The notes below the pieces were generated by a model. The model did not search any database, was not told the origin of the DNA, and saw only the letters and a program-made list of their open reading frames with translations. From positions 32,001 through 96,000 of the IMG/VR virus record IMGVR_UViG_3300025137_000018: a DNA stretch of 64,000 nt. One strand, given 5' to 3'. This DNA is from a virus. Below, one piece after another: positions 38,665 through 47,880 of the stretch. A program made the position numbers and the translations under genes. Each line of letters begins with the position of its first letter. Position 1 is the first letter of the stretch.

Positions 38665-38916
38665 ATGAATGAATTTTTAATTGAAAAAAACGTATACAAC
38701 GGTGGTATACAAAAGGTATTTAAATTTCCTAACGGATATGGTGCAAGTGTTGTAAGGCACAAAGGTAGTTACGGCTACATGAAAGGCCAATGGGAAATTG
38801 CTGTTCTTGACGAATCTGGTGCTATATGTTACAGCACTCCAATTACAGATAATGTAATTGGTTACCTCAATGATCCAGAAGTTGATAATCTATTAGGCCA
38901 AATCTCTAGATTATGA
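38665..38916 (+). CDS. Hypothetical phage protein
   Basis: FPNGYGASVV..SYG...WEIAVL. Confidence 0.75.
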   Translation: MNEFLIEKNVYNGGIQKVFKFPNGYGASVVRHKGSYGYMKGQWEIAVLDESGAICYSTPITDNVIGYLNDPEVDNLLGQISRL

Positions 38917-39467
38917 ATATATTTATCTTAAATAATGATCCAGTGAAAGCGGCACAAGACCAGTGCGATAAACATGTGGTCAAAATGATTGTAGAATCAG
39001 CACAAATGCTTTCTACAGTACATCGTATGCTTGATGGCGTAATGGAACGTAGGCCATCAAAGTCTGGTTCCATGTTACAATACTTTAAACTCAATGACGA
39101 AAGAGAAGACATTCTTTATAAGGCATGTCATTTTAATCATCCATCTACAGTATGGACCAGAGAATCAGTACATAATTACAAGTGGCATTATGAACATTTT
39201 GTAGCCTTATGTGATGAGTATACATACAGATATGGTAAGATACATTCAACAGATCGTAAACTTAGAGGAGAGTTATATGACATACCAGATAATATTCCTC
39301 AAATACCAATGACTCCATTTAAATTAGCAATGGCTTCATTTCCAGAATGTATCTCAGAATGTCCAATTACGTCATATCGTAAATTTTATGAAACAAAACA
39401 ACATAGGTTCAATATGGCTTGGACTAAACGAGAAGTACCGGAGTGGTTTAATTATGCCAATGTATGA
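38913..39467 (+). CDS. Pyrimidine-dimer DNA glycosylase-like (DenV superfamily)
   Basis: MNIFIL...DKHVVKMIVESAQMLST, NHPSTVW, EYTYRYGKIH. Confidence 0.75.
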   Translation: MNIFILNNDPVKAAQDQCDKHVVKMIVESAQMLSTVHRMLDGVMERRPSKSGSMLQYFKLNDEREDILYKACHFNHPSTVWTRESVHNYKWHYEHFVALCDEYTYRYGKIHSTDRKLRGELYDIPDNIPQIPMTPFKLAMASFPECISECPITSYRKFYETKQHRFNMAWTKREVPEWFNYANV

Positions 39468-39696
39468 TTTTAAAAATTTAGAAACTGATGAAGTAGAAAC
39501 CAAAATGATGTCAATTGCTGACATGGAAGAATATGTTAAAGATCCAAATATTCAACAAGTTATATCTCCATCTCATATAGGTCATGAAGGAAATAAATCT
39601 ATATTAACAAGAGCTGGAGGCGGTTGGAAAGAAGTTCAAGATAGAATTAAAAGCGGATTGCCACCAAAAGATAGGGATAACATTAAAACAAAATGA
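39454..39696 (+). CDS. FmdB-like small protein
   Basis: MPMYDFKN..T; GWKEV. Confidence 0.6.
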   Translation: MPMYDFKNLETDEVETKMMSIADMEEYVKDPNIQQVISPSHIGHEGNKSILTRAGGGWKEVQDRIKSGLPPKDRDNIKTK

Positions 39697-40376
39697 ATAA
39701 GAAGCCATCAAAACTTAGGATTGAGCACTTAGCCAAATTAGAACCACTAACAGAAAATCAGAAATTAGCATTTGATTCATTTGCTTCTGGTAATCATATG
39801 TGTTTAGATGGTTCAGCAGGTACAGGTAAAACCTTTATATCATTATACCTCGCATTAGAAGCTGTCTTAAAGAAAGAATACAGTAAAGTTATTATTGTAC
39901 GTTCTGCAGTTCCTACAAGAGATATGGGATTCCTACCAGGAACGCAAGAAGAAAAAGAAGATGCATACACTGCACCTTACAAAGCTATTGTTAATGATTT
40001 ATTTCAAGATAACGATGGATGGACCAAAATGATCCAAAATAAAAATATAGAGTTTCTTACAACTTCGTTTATAAGAGGATTAACTATTAAAAACGCTATT
40101 GTAATAGTTGATGAATCTCAAAACTGTAATTACCATGAGCTATGTTCAGTAATCACAAGGTTAGGAGAAGACTGCAGATTTATAACGTCAGGTGATTATT
40201 ATCAATCTGATTTTACAAGAAATGGTGATAAAGACGGAATTAAAGAATTTATTAACATTATTAAAAACATGAAATATTTTGATCATATCGAATTTTCATG
40301 GGAAGATATCGTACGAAGTGGATTCGTAAGAGACTTTATTATGACAAAGGAATTATATGAAAATGGGAAACTTTAA
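39693..40376 (+). CDS. phoH: PhoH-like ATPase
   Basis: GSAGTGKT, GFLPG, RGLT, DESQN, TRLG, GD..QSD. Confidence 0.95.
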   Translation: MNKKPSKLRIEHLAKLEPLTENQKLAFDSFASGNHMCLDGSAGTGKTFISLYLALEAVLKKEYSKVIIVRSAVPTRDMGFLPGTQEEKEDAYTAPYKAIVNDLFQDNDGWTKMIQNKNIEFLTTSFIRGLTIKNAIVIVDESQNCNYHELCSVITRLGEDCRFITSGDYYQSDFTRNGDKDGIKEFINIIKNMKYFDHIEFSWEDIVRSGFVRDFIMTKELYENGKL

Positions 40377-41040
40377 ACATGAACCAATTGATCTTGGCTA
40401 TACAGACCTTAACGCACAATCTACTGGCTCTGGGCGAGAGTACACCGATCCTGATAATAATAGGTATCCTAGTGTTACAACAGTACTTTCAATATTAAGT
40501 GAAGATCATATTCGTGCTTGGAGAGCACGTGTAGGAGAAGAAGAAGCCAATAGGATATCACGAAGAGCTTCTACAAGAGGCACTAAAGTACATGCAGTAT
40601 TAGAAAAGTATGTAGATAACGATAAGGATTATTTAGATGGTGCAAATCCAATTGTCACTTCTAATTTTCTTGAAGTTAAAAAGATTTTAGATGAAAGATT
40701 AAGTTTAGTTTATGCTCAAGAAGCAGCATTATATTCTAAACACTTAGGGTTAGCTGGAAGAGTTGATTGTGTAGGTGTATGGGATGGAAAAAACTCAATT
40801 ATAGATTATAAAACAGCAGCCAAACATAAACGAAAAGAATGGTGTGAAAACTATTTTATTCAAGAAACCGCATATGCTATTATGTGGGAAGAAAGAACAG
40901 GAATGCCAATTACACAATTGGTAACTGTAATCGCAGGAGACGAAGGCGCACAAGTCTTTGTTGAAAATCGCGATAATTGGAGCAATAAGTTATTAGAGAC
41001 AATTGCTGAATACAAAAAACGTAAGATTTTCGGGAGATAA
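40357..41040 (+). CDS. PD-(D/E)XK exonuclease (Cas4/ExoV-like)
   Basis: YPSVTTVL, RGTKVH, AGRVD, IIDYKT, QETAYA. Confidence 0.85.
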   Translation: MKMGNFKHEPIDLGYTDLNAQSTGSGREYTDPDNNRYPSVTTVLSILSEDHIRAWRARVGEEEANRISRRASTRGTKVHAVLEKYVDNDKDYLDGANPIVTSNFLEVKKILDERLSLVYAQEAALYSKHLGLAGRVDCVGVWDGKNSIIDYKTAAKHKRKEWCENYFIQETAYAIMWEERTGMPITQLVTVIAGDEGAQVFVENRDNWSNKLLETIAEYKKRKIFGR

Positions 41041-41041
41041 G

Positions 41042-41251
41042 ATGAAAAACTTTAGAGATCAGATGGTAAAAACGTCTATGGATTATATGCAAGCTCAGGC
41101 TGCAAAACACAAAATGAATGCAGATATTATTCTAAGCAATCACGTATCTGTTGGTGAACATTCAGACCAAATGGAAACACTTGAAAAAGAGCTTGGTATG
41201 ATGGTTGATTACATTGACAAATACGAAATTTTAGAAAAATATTTTAAATAA
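41042..41251 (+). CDS. Hypothetical protein
   Basis: GGAG RBS; VGEHSD motif common in T4-like phages. Confidence 0.65.
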   Translation: MKNFRDQMVKTSMDYMQAQAAKHKMNADIILSNHVSVGEHSDQMETLEKELGMMVDYIDKYEILEKYFK

Positions 41252-41697
41252 TGTTAAAGTGGTTACAAAATCATGAATCAAAGGGCCACGTAGGTATTAC
41301 ATGTGGCGCCTTTGATCTACTTCATGCTGGGCATATTACAATGCTAGCAGAAGCTAAAAATGAATGTGATTATTTAGTAGTAGCACTTCAGTGTGATCCT
41401 ACACTTGATAGACCAGAAAAAAACAAACCTGTTCAATCAATAGTTGAACGTCAATTACAAGTTGCTGCAGTTAGGTATGTCGACGATGTAATTATCTATA
41501 ATACAGAAGAAGAGTTAAAGGATATATTTCTATCACTTCCAATAGATGTAAGAATTATTGGATCTGATTACTTAAATAAAGACTTTACTGGTAAAAACAT
41601 ATGCGAAGAAAGAAATATTCGTATAGTTTATAACACTAGAGATCACTCTTTTTCTTCTACTTCCTTACGAGAAAGAATCAAAAAACAAGAGAAATAA
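41251..41697 (+). CDS. TagD-like cytidylyltransferase
   Basis: GAFDLLHAGH, GSDY, RDHSFSSTSLR. Confidence 0.9.
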   Translation: MLKWLQNHESKGHVGITCGAFDLLHAGHITMLAEAKNECDYLVVALQCDPTLDRPEKNKPVQSIVERQLQVAAVRYVDDVIIYNTEEELKDIFLSLPIDVRIIGSDYLNKDFTGKNICEERNIRIVYNTRDHSFSSTSLRERIKKQEK

Positions 41698-41738
41698 TGC
41701 AGAAAACCCTGTACAAATGTGTATAATAATGGTATAAT
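41692..41738 (+). promoter_or_regulatory. Early promoter with conserved upstream element
   Basis: AAATAATGCAGAAAACCC-TGTACA-N17-TATAAT. Confidence 0.85.
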
Positions 41739-41767
41739 ATACATATTAAACAAACAAATAAAGAAAG

Positions 41768-42364
41768 ATGAACGATAAAAAGATGAAAGAAAATATAATT
41801 TTAGTAGATTGCGATGGAGTATTATGTGATTGGGAATACTCATTTACGCAGTGGATGAACCATAAAGGTTATCCAACAAGTGATTACACTCAATATAATG
41901 TTGCTAAAAGGTTTAATTTAACTCAAGAGTTTAGTAAAAAGAGTGTTCAACAATTTAACGAATCAGCTGCAATTGCTTTTTTACCACCTTTAAGAGATGC
42001 TGTCTATTACATGAAAAGACTTAATATGTTACATGGTTATAGATTCCATTGTATTACATCCTTAAGTGATAATAAATACGCTCAGAGATTAAGAACTCAA
42101 AACCTAGAATTACTTTTTGGTAAAGAATTATTTGACGATTATATCTATCTACCTTGCGGTGCTGATAAAGATAAAGAACTTAAAAGGTACGAAGGTACAG
42201 AATGCTTTTGGGTAGAAGACAAAGTAGAGAACGCAGAAGTTGGAAAGGCCTTCGGTCTTAATTCAATTCTTGTGGCTCATGAACATAACGCTTATTATGA
42301 AGGAAATATTCCAAGGTATTGGAAGTGGAAAGACATATATAAGCATATAACTGGAGAAGTATAA
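41768..42364 (+). CDS. HAD-family phosphatase (T4 30.2-like / 5'-nucleotidase)
   Basis: DCDGVL, ITS, K, WVED. Confidence 0.8.
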   Translation: MNDKKMKENIILVDCDGVLCDWEYSFTQWMNHKGYPTSDYTQYNVAKRFNLTQEFSKKSVQQFNESAAIAFLPPLRDAVYYMKRLNMLHGYRFHCITSLSDNKYAQRLRTQNLELLFGKELFDDYIYLPCGADKDKELKRYEGTECFWVEDKVENAEVGKAFGLNSILVAHEHNAYYEGNIPRYWKWKDIYKHITGEV

Positions 42365-42546
42365 TGCCAATGAAATTTAAACCAAGTCAATCCTTAAGAA
42401 GTAAAGCTTCAGGAAAAACTACAATACAACATTTTTATATGAAGTCAACACCTTTAAAGGATTTGACTGAAGCGTTGGAAAACCGCAATACCACAAGTAA
42501 GAGAAAACAAAAAATACGTAACGAATTAGTAAGAAGAGGGACGTGA
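42364..42546 (+). CDS. Hypothetical protein
   Basis: GGAG RBS; KQKIRNELVRRG. Confidence 0.6.
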   Translation: MPMKFKPSQSLRSKASGKTTIQHFYMKSTPLKDLTEALENRNTTSKRKQKIRNELVRRGT

Positions 42547-42722
42547 AGAAGTGGTGGAGAATCTGGGCTAAAAGCCTAGGAGAAAAAGTTGGTGAAACTG
42601 ACACTCAAGCTAATACTGTAGCAAGCATTAGAACTATTTGGTGGATAACTCACATGGCAACATGCTGGTTTATCATACTAAACGCTATAGCAAACCACGG
42701 TTGGGGACTTATAGGATTCTGA
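42543..42722 (+). CDS. Small membrane protein, 59 aa (not in ORF track)
   Basis: GTG start; WWRIWAKSLGEK..D..A..RT..TM. Confidence 0.65.
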   Translation: MKKWWRIWAKSLGEKVGETDTQANTVASIRTIWWITHMATCWFIILNAIANHGWGLIGF

Positions 42723-42725
42723 GTA

Positions 42726-42836
42726 TTATAACCTGGTGTTTTCTATAGTGGTATTACAGCAATGGTGTTTTATAACTCTGTGTAATCTACCTGACTTCAT
42801 CATCTTATGAAATTTTTTAAAATATCTTCTTAACAT
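42726..42836 (-). CDS. Small basic antisense-oriented protein, 36 aa (not in ORF track)
   Basis: MLRRYFKKFHKMMKSGRLHRVIKHHCCNTTIENTRL fills the + strand gap; own late promoter 7 nt upstream. Confidence 0.6.
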   Translation of the reverse strand: MLRRYFKKFHKMMKSGRLHRVIKHHCCNTTIENTRL

Positions 42837-42843
42837 ACACTAC

Positions 42844-42851
42844 TATTTATA
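42844..42851 (-). promoter_or_regulatory. T4-type late promoter on the minus strand
   Basis: TATTTATA on + strand = TATAAATA on - strand. Confidence 0.6.
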
Positions 42852-42857
42852 AGACTT

Positions 42858-43079
42858 ATGGCAACAAAAAACGAAATAACAGGCGACTCTATTAAAAGTA
42901 AGGGTCCAAGTAAAAAATACTCTGATAACTGGGATGCAGTCTTTGGTAAAAAGAAAAATGAGCTTAGCGAATCAGAAATAATGCAGGCCGAGTTAGAACC
43001 TATTCCTACAGAAAAAGAAGGAAGTTTCTATGGTTATAAACCAAAGCATGATAACTTTTATCCAGAGTTAGACGACTAA
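42858..43079 (+). CDS. Hypothetical protein
   Basis: KNEITGDSIKSK..Y.DNWDAVF. Confidence 0.65.
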   Translation: MATKNEITGDSIKSKGPSKKYSDNWDAVFGKKKNELSESEIMQAELEPIPTEKEGSFYGYKPKHDNFYPELDD

Positions 43080-43258
43080 TGAAAGAACTATGGAACGATT
43101 ACATGGGTAATCTAAAAAGATGGCAGGATAACTCAGACGGTTGGGTATCTACCATGAATGTATCTAAAGAGAATAAAGAAGAATACCAGAGGTATTTAAG
43201 TAAAACATCAAATCCAGTTCCTTATAGAGACTGGCTGAAAGAGGTGCAGCGCTCTTAG
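43079..43258 (+). CDS. Hypothetical protein, 59 aa (not in ORF track)
   Basis: TAATG coupling; stop codon lies inside the tRNA 5' end. Confidence 0.55.
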   Translation: MKELWNDYMGNLKRWQDNSDGWVSTMNVSKENKEEYQRYLSKTSNPVPYRDWLKEVQRS

Positions 43259-43325
43259 CTCAGCTGGATAGAGCAACAGCCTTCTAAGCTGTGGGTCCCA
43301 GGTTCGAATCCTGGAGAGCGTGCCA
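43249..43325 (+). tRNA. tRNA-Arg (anticodon UCU)
   Basis: Acceptor GCGCTCT/AGAGCGT, D stem GCTC/GAGC, anticodon arm ACAGC-CTTCTAA-GCTGT, T arm CCAGG-TTCGAAT-CCTGG, encoded CCA. Confidence 0.96.
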
Positions 43326-43330
43326 AAAAA

Positions 43331-43390
43331 ATATATACTTGAATATATACTTGAATGTATATTAGAATGTATATTAGAATATATAATTAT
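43331..43390. repeat. Degenerate 12-bp tandem repeat x5
   Basis: ATATATACTTGA x2, ATGTATATTAGA x2, ATATATAATTAT. Confidence 0.8.
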
Positions 43391-43411
43391 TAACTAAAAA
43401 AGGAAAGTGAA

Positions 43412-43669
43412 ATGAGTAGTATTATTATACCATCGTCGGATGCAGACAAAAAACGTATCAGAGAAGCAATGCAAGAAATTAGTAACTCTTACATTAGAAT
43501 GGAAAGCGAAAGAGCTTTTGTAAAAGAAGCTATTGAAGCATTAGAAGACGATGTGGAAGTACCAAAGAAGATTCTTCGCAAAATGTCAAAGGCCTTTCAT
43601 AAGCAAAATATATCTGAAATTGTTACAGAAGTTGAGGATATTGAGGCATTAATGGAAGCTACTAAGTAA
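43412..43669 (+). CDS. dsbA: Double-stranded DNA-binding protein DsbA-like
   Basis: EISNS..R...VPKKILRKMSKAFHKQN; size and helical pattern. Confidence 0.7.
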   Translation: MSSIIIPSSDADKKRIREAMQEISNSYIRMESERAFVKEAIEALEDDVEVPKKILRKMSKAFHKQNISEIVTEVEDIEALMEATK

Positions 43670-43676
43670 AAAATCT

Positions 43677-43684
43677 TATAAATA
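43677..43684 (+). promoter_or_regulatory. T4-type late promoter
   Basis: TATAAATA 5 nt before ATG 43690. Confidence 0.75.
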
Positions 43685-43689
43685 GTAGT

Positions 43690-45114
43690 ATGATTAATTT
43701 TAATGGCTACATCACAGAAGAAATAGAAAAACGCGGAGTCACAGAAGTTGTGGTATTAGCACTAGATGCTGATGAAGGAACTGCTGCTGATATAATCTCT
43801 AATGTTTGTGAGTTTAACGATGTTAAATGTACAATTATACATACCAACAAAGCATTCCTAGCGGATAGCGATGTAGAACTAAGAAAAGTTGAAATACATA
43901 ATATTGATGGTGAAGGTAAACTTATATCTTTAGACATTGATAATACAATAGTTTTTGTTAGAGCAGGTGCTGTAGGAACTTTAGTAGGGCAAGCATTAGT
44001 ATCATCTTTACAGACAGCTGGATTCTTTTTAATAAATGATTTAGAATCCATGATGTTATGTAATAATAAAATGGCAACAAGTATTGCATTACAAAGAAAT
44101 AATGTGCAGATACCTAAAACAGTTATTTTAAATAATGAAGAATCTATTGATTTAGCTGTAAAAAGCGTTGGTGGTAAATATCCATTAATCGTAAAAACAC
44201 TTACAGGAACACAAGGTATTGGTGTATCTAAGATCGAATCGTATGATTCATTAATCTCAGTGTGCCAAACATTATGGAAGTTTGAAGCACAGCTGTTATT
44301 GCAAGAATATTTAGACATGAAATCTGATATTAGAACACTTGTAATAAATGGCCATATTATGGCATCAGCTGAAAGAAGACAAACTAAAAAATCTAAGGAC
44401 TTTAGAAAAAATGTTCATAGAGGTGCAGAAGCAATTCCATATAAACTATCTGAAGAAGAGGTAGAAGTAATACTAAATGCTGCTCGAGCAACTGGTGCAT
44501 ATTATTGCGGAGTTGATCATACAGTAGTTAATGGTAAAATATATGTTGTTGAAGTAAACGGTTCGCCTGGTGCTAAATCACACTTTATGGGTTATGATTT
44601 AGAAACTAATAAACCTACTAAACCTTTAACTGCTGAGAAAGCAATTGATTTAATGATTAAACATATATTAGAACCCTACAATAGAAAAACATGGTTTAGA
44701 CAAGAAGCTGGTTATATAGAAACTGTATATATCGAAGGTTATAAACTACCTGTTAGAGCTAAATTTGATACAGGTAATGGTACAGATGCTTCCATGTTAC
44801 ATGTAGATAAAATAGAAATAAAAAATGATAAAGTGTATTGGGAAAAGAATGGTCAAAAATTCGTTAACAAATACCTTGGAAAATCAGTAGCGGTTAGAGG
44901 TCCTACCACCAGAATCGAAAGAGCTAAGGTAGAACTTACGATTAAATTTAATGGTAGATCATATAATGCATTTGTTGGTTTAACTGAAGAAGATTCAGCA
45001 AGTGAAATGTTAGTTAATAGAGAATTAATGACACTTATGAGAATAGCAATTAATCCAAGCTTAAGGTTTGGTATTAGTGATTGGACAAGAAAGAACGATG
45101 AAACTGATGTTTAA
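43690..45114 (+). CDS. rimK: RimK-family ATP-grasp ligase fused to a RimK-associated protease-like domain
   Basis: KTLTGTQGIGV, QEY, DIR, FRKNVHRG, GVD, EVNGSPG; C-terminal AKFDTGNG and MLVNR. Confidence 0.85.
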   Translation: MINFNGYITEEIEKRGVTEVVVLALDADEGTAADIISNVCEFNDVKCTIIHTNKAFLADSDVELRKVEIHNIDGEGKLISLDIDNTIVFVRAGAVGTLVGQALVSSLQTAGFFLINDLESMMLCNNKMATSIALQRNNVQIPKTVILNNEESIDLAVKSVGGKYPLIVKTLTGTQGIGVSKIESYDSLISVCQTLWKFEAQLLLQEYLDMKSDIRTLVINGHIMASAERRQTKKSKDFRKNVHRGAEAIPYKLSEEEVEVILNAARATGAYYCGVDHTVVNGKIYVVEVNGSPGAKSHFMGYDLETNKPTKPLTAEKAIDLMIKHILEPYNRKTWFRQEAGYIETVYIEGYKLPVRAKFDTGNGTDASMLHVDKIEIKNDKVYWEKNGQKFVNKYLGKSVAVRGPTTRIERAKVELTIKFNGRSYNAFVGLTEEDSASEMLVNRELMTLMRIAINPSLRFGISDWTRKNDETDV

Positions 45115-45216
45115 TAATAGAAATATAAAAGTTAGGAAGATAGTTCCAGTGCATGCTTTAACCAAAATCCAGGAAGATAAAACTAAAAAAATTCCTAGGA
45201 AAGAGAAGCATAAGCA

Positions 45217-45224
45217 TATAAATA
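45217..45224 (+). promoter_or_regulatory. T4-type late promoter
   Basis: TATAAATA upstream of 45241. Confidence 0.75.
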
Positions 45225-45240
45225 GTTACGAGGTATAAAA

Positions 45241-45507
45241 ATGGCAGATATAAATTTAGATTTTGATTTTGGTTTTACAGCCGTAGATGAAAATGAATTA
45301 GAAGCAGTACAGAAAGTTACGACACAAGCTTCTGATACATCAGCTAGTTTACAAGAAGCTGAAGAAAAATTAAATAAATTATATAATGCTATATTACCTT
45401 TGCTAACTAACTTAAAGAAAAATCCAGAAAAAGAATATATTCTATGGCCAAATAGAGTTGACAAAATAGAACAATTCGAAGATTTAATATCAGGAATTAT
45501 AAAATGA
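45241..45507 (+). CDS. Conserved hypothetical protein
   Basis: DFDFGFTAVDE, LYNAI.PLL.NLKKNPEKEYILWPNR. Confidence 0.75.
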   Translation: MADINLDFDFGFTAVDENELEAVQKVTTQASDTSASLQEAEEKLNKLYNAILPLLTNLKKNPEKEYILWPNRVDKIEQFEDLISGIIK

Positions 45508-46925
45508 CAATAATATCGTCTGGACAAATAGCTTTACAAGATGGAGGAACTAATCCATCAACCACAGTAGAAAATAAGTTATACGATAATACTATGACAT
45601 CAGGTGTTGATGCTTTACTTGAAATAATAAGAAAGTACGAGCTTCCTGGCGGTGATAGTTTTGATGATTTCGATGAATGGCGAGGAGATCTTTATGGTTT
45701 TAATTCAAGTTTTATTACCACAAGTCTTGCAGGAAATAGTATATTTAACTTTTTAGGTCAAGCTGGAAGTGGAGTACCTGCAGGAACTTTTCGAGGGTCG
45801 TCAGTATCAAATATTGGAACAGCCACAACTGCTTTTACAGATGGCGGTGGAACTTCTCGTACTATAAAAGGTATAATGTGGGGAATACCTGACGGATCTC
45901 CATCACCAAATAACACTAGTAAATGGTTAATATTTGCTCTTTCTGGAACTGGTATTTCTAATTCAGATACTACATTTAAAAGTATAAAAATTACTAAACC
46001 TAGTGGATCACAACAAACATTTACAAGATCTAGTGCATCAGAATACAGTTCAACTACCAATGGTTCTACTGCATGGGCTTGGGAAGTTGAGAGTTCTGGT
46101 ACAACTACTATCGATAATTTAGGAACTAGTGGAAGTGGATGGGACATAGAAATATTTGGTTCAGATATTACAACGACATTAAATAATGGTATTGCGGAAG
46201 AAATGGGCGGTGATGATAGTTCTAATGTTAAAATGTCAGATTATTATAGCCCTGGAACATTTATAGGTTCTGGTTTATCAGGTGTACCATCATCTGGTCA
46301 AATTAAATTTTCTGATTTTTACGGAAAAACACACATAGGGCTTGTAACATCTGCGGTTGAGATACAACCAGCTGCCAAGTATGAACTTATTAGCGGCCCT
46401 CGTGGCTATAGTTATGAAGCTATTCTTCATGGATTTGGACAAACGTATTCTAATACTTACGATAGTACTATTGGAACCGTCAATAGTAATATATCTAGTT
46501 CTATTAAAACAGACTCAGCTCAAGGCAGTGTTATAGGTAGTCCCGATTTAACTCTTTGGGGGCCAGCTGCAGGTACAATAGGCACATTAAGATCAATAAT
46601 GCACTCCTCATCAGGACCTAATCAATCAACAGATAACGTAATAATGATAGTAGAAGGTACAGGAAGTAATAGTAATGCTGGATTTACCAATTTAACAGCA
46701 ACACGAAGTGGTATGACAACATTAACACTTGCAAGAAGTTCTGCTACTTACTATTATTCTTCAACCAATACAACAAGAATATGGTTGTGGGCCGACGTTA
46801 ATTATGCTACAGGTACCCCACTTTCGTTTACTGCTACTCATGAAAGTACATTGTTTCCAGGAGGAGCAGGTAGTGGTAGTGCAAATACAACAACAACTGA
46901 TCGATCAACTTGGACAATATCATAA
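45504..46925 (+). CDS. S/T/G-rich fibre-like virion protein with internal duplication
   Basis: SGQIAL and VPSSGQIKFSDFYG motifs; two RSSA..Y.S.TN.T..W.W segments. Confidence 0.6.
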   Translation: MTIISSGQIALQDGGTNPSTTVENKLYDNTMTSGVDALLEIIRKYELPGGDSFDDFDEWRGDLYGFNSSFITTSLAGNSIFNFLGQAGSGVPAGTFRGSSVSNIGTATTAFTDGGGTSRTIKGIMWGIPDGSPSPNNTSKWLIFALSGTGISNSDTTFKSIKITKPSGSQQTFTRSSASEYSSTTNGSTAWAWEVESSGTTTIDNLGTSGSGWDIEIFGSDITTTLNNGIAEEMGGDDSSNVKMSDYYSPGTFIGSGLSGVPSSGQIKFSDFYGKTHIGLVTSAVEIQPAAKYELISGPRGYSYEAILHGFGQTYSNTYDSTIGTVNSNISSSIKTDSAQGSVIGSPDLTLWGPAAGTIGTLRSIMHSSSGPNQSTDNVIMIVEGTGSNSNAGFTNLTATRSGMTTLTLARSSATYYYSSTNTTRIWLWADVNYATGTPLSFTATHESTLFPGGAGSGSANTTTTDRSTWTIS

Positions 46926-47131
46926 TGTCAAATACAGCATACATAATAGTAGAAGATTGGGATACTCCAAACAGTACATTAAAATGGGCTCAGTTTAGCT
47001 GGTCAGATGGATCTGCACAAATCCATGCAGTATTAGATTCAGAAGATAATACACTTATTGATGAAGCAGCAACACAATATAAAGTTAATGAATGGGTCGA
47101 AGAACATCTACCATGGAATGAAACAGTATGA
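46925..47131 (+). CDS. Hypothetical protein
   Basis: TAATG coupling to the fibre-like gene. Confidence 0.6.
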   Translation: MSNTAYIIVEDWDTPNSTLKWAQFSWSDGSAQIHAVLDSEDNTLIDEAATQYKVNEWVEEHLPWNETV

Positions 47132-47880
47132 AAAATTGGATAGTAAATAGAGTATTCGATTACGCAATCGATAAAGAAAGAACTGAAGCATATTTGGAAT
47201 TTATTAAAGCAAATGTTTCAGGTAAAACAGTAGTTGAACTAGGAGCTGGTTCAGGAATTATGGCATGGTTATGTGTTAAACACGGTGCAACACATGTATA
47301 TGCATATGAAAATAATAAAAGAATTATTAATTGGCTTAAAGTTTTGTTTAAAGACGAGGCCAAAGTAACTATTGTAGAAGAAAATGTATCTACAGCAACA
47401 TTACGAGATGCAGATATATATTTACATGAACATTTTTCATCAAATGTTATTACGGAAGATATCTTAGGTTTATATGCTAACCTTAAAGCTCAAAATTTAG
47501 AAGATAAAACATTCCCAAACAAATTAAAAATGCAATACGGAACATATGATGTAAGTAAAAATACAGATACAACGGGCGCAGATAGATATGCTGAAATTGA
47601 TGATGCAGATATGCTAGAGTTTTTTGCAGCGTGTCCAATGGATGAAATAATGCCAGGTCTTGGATGGTTGCACAAACAAGTAGATGAAAGTGAAGTAACA
47701 ATTAATGGAACTTTATTTGATGGAGATATAAAAGATTTAACACAGTTTACGGCCTCAGATACAAATGATGAATTAGTATTTTGGGAAGCTACATTTAATG
47801 GAGCACATACTTTAAGTAATTGGAAAGGTAAAACTCATTGGAATACCATACCGATTGATAAAGTTGTGAATATGGAATAA
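47128..47880 (+). CDS. SAM-dependent methyltransferase with protein-arginine-methyltransferase-like motifs
   Basis: DKERTEAY, VVELGAGSG, VYAYE, EHFSSNVITE double-E spacing, THW. Confidence 0.75.
   Translation: MKNWIVNRVFDYAIDKERTEAYLEFIKANVSGKTVVELGAGSGIMAWLCVKHGATHVYAYENNKRIINWLKVLFKDEAKVTIVEENVSTATLRDADIYLHEHFSSNVITEDILGLYANLKAQNLEDKTFPNKLKMQYGTYDVSKNTDTTGADRYAEIDDADMLEFFAACPMDEIMPGLGWLHKQVDESEVTINGTLFDGDIKDLTQFTASDTNDELVFWEATFNGAHTLSNWKGKTHWNTIPIDKVVNME

Noticed and set aside
40357-41040. Cas4-like nuclease as evidence of a CRISPR-Cas system
   Set aside because: No other cas genes or array; it is the usual exonuclease next to phoH in T4-like phages
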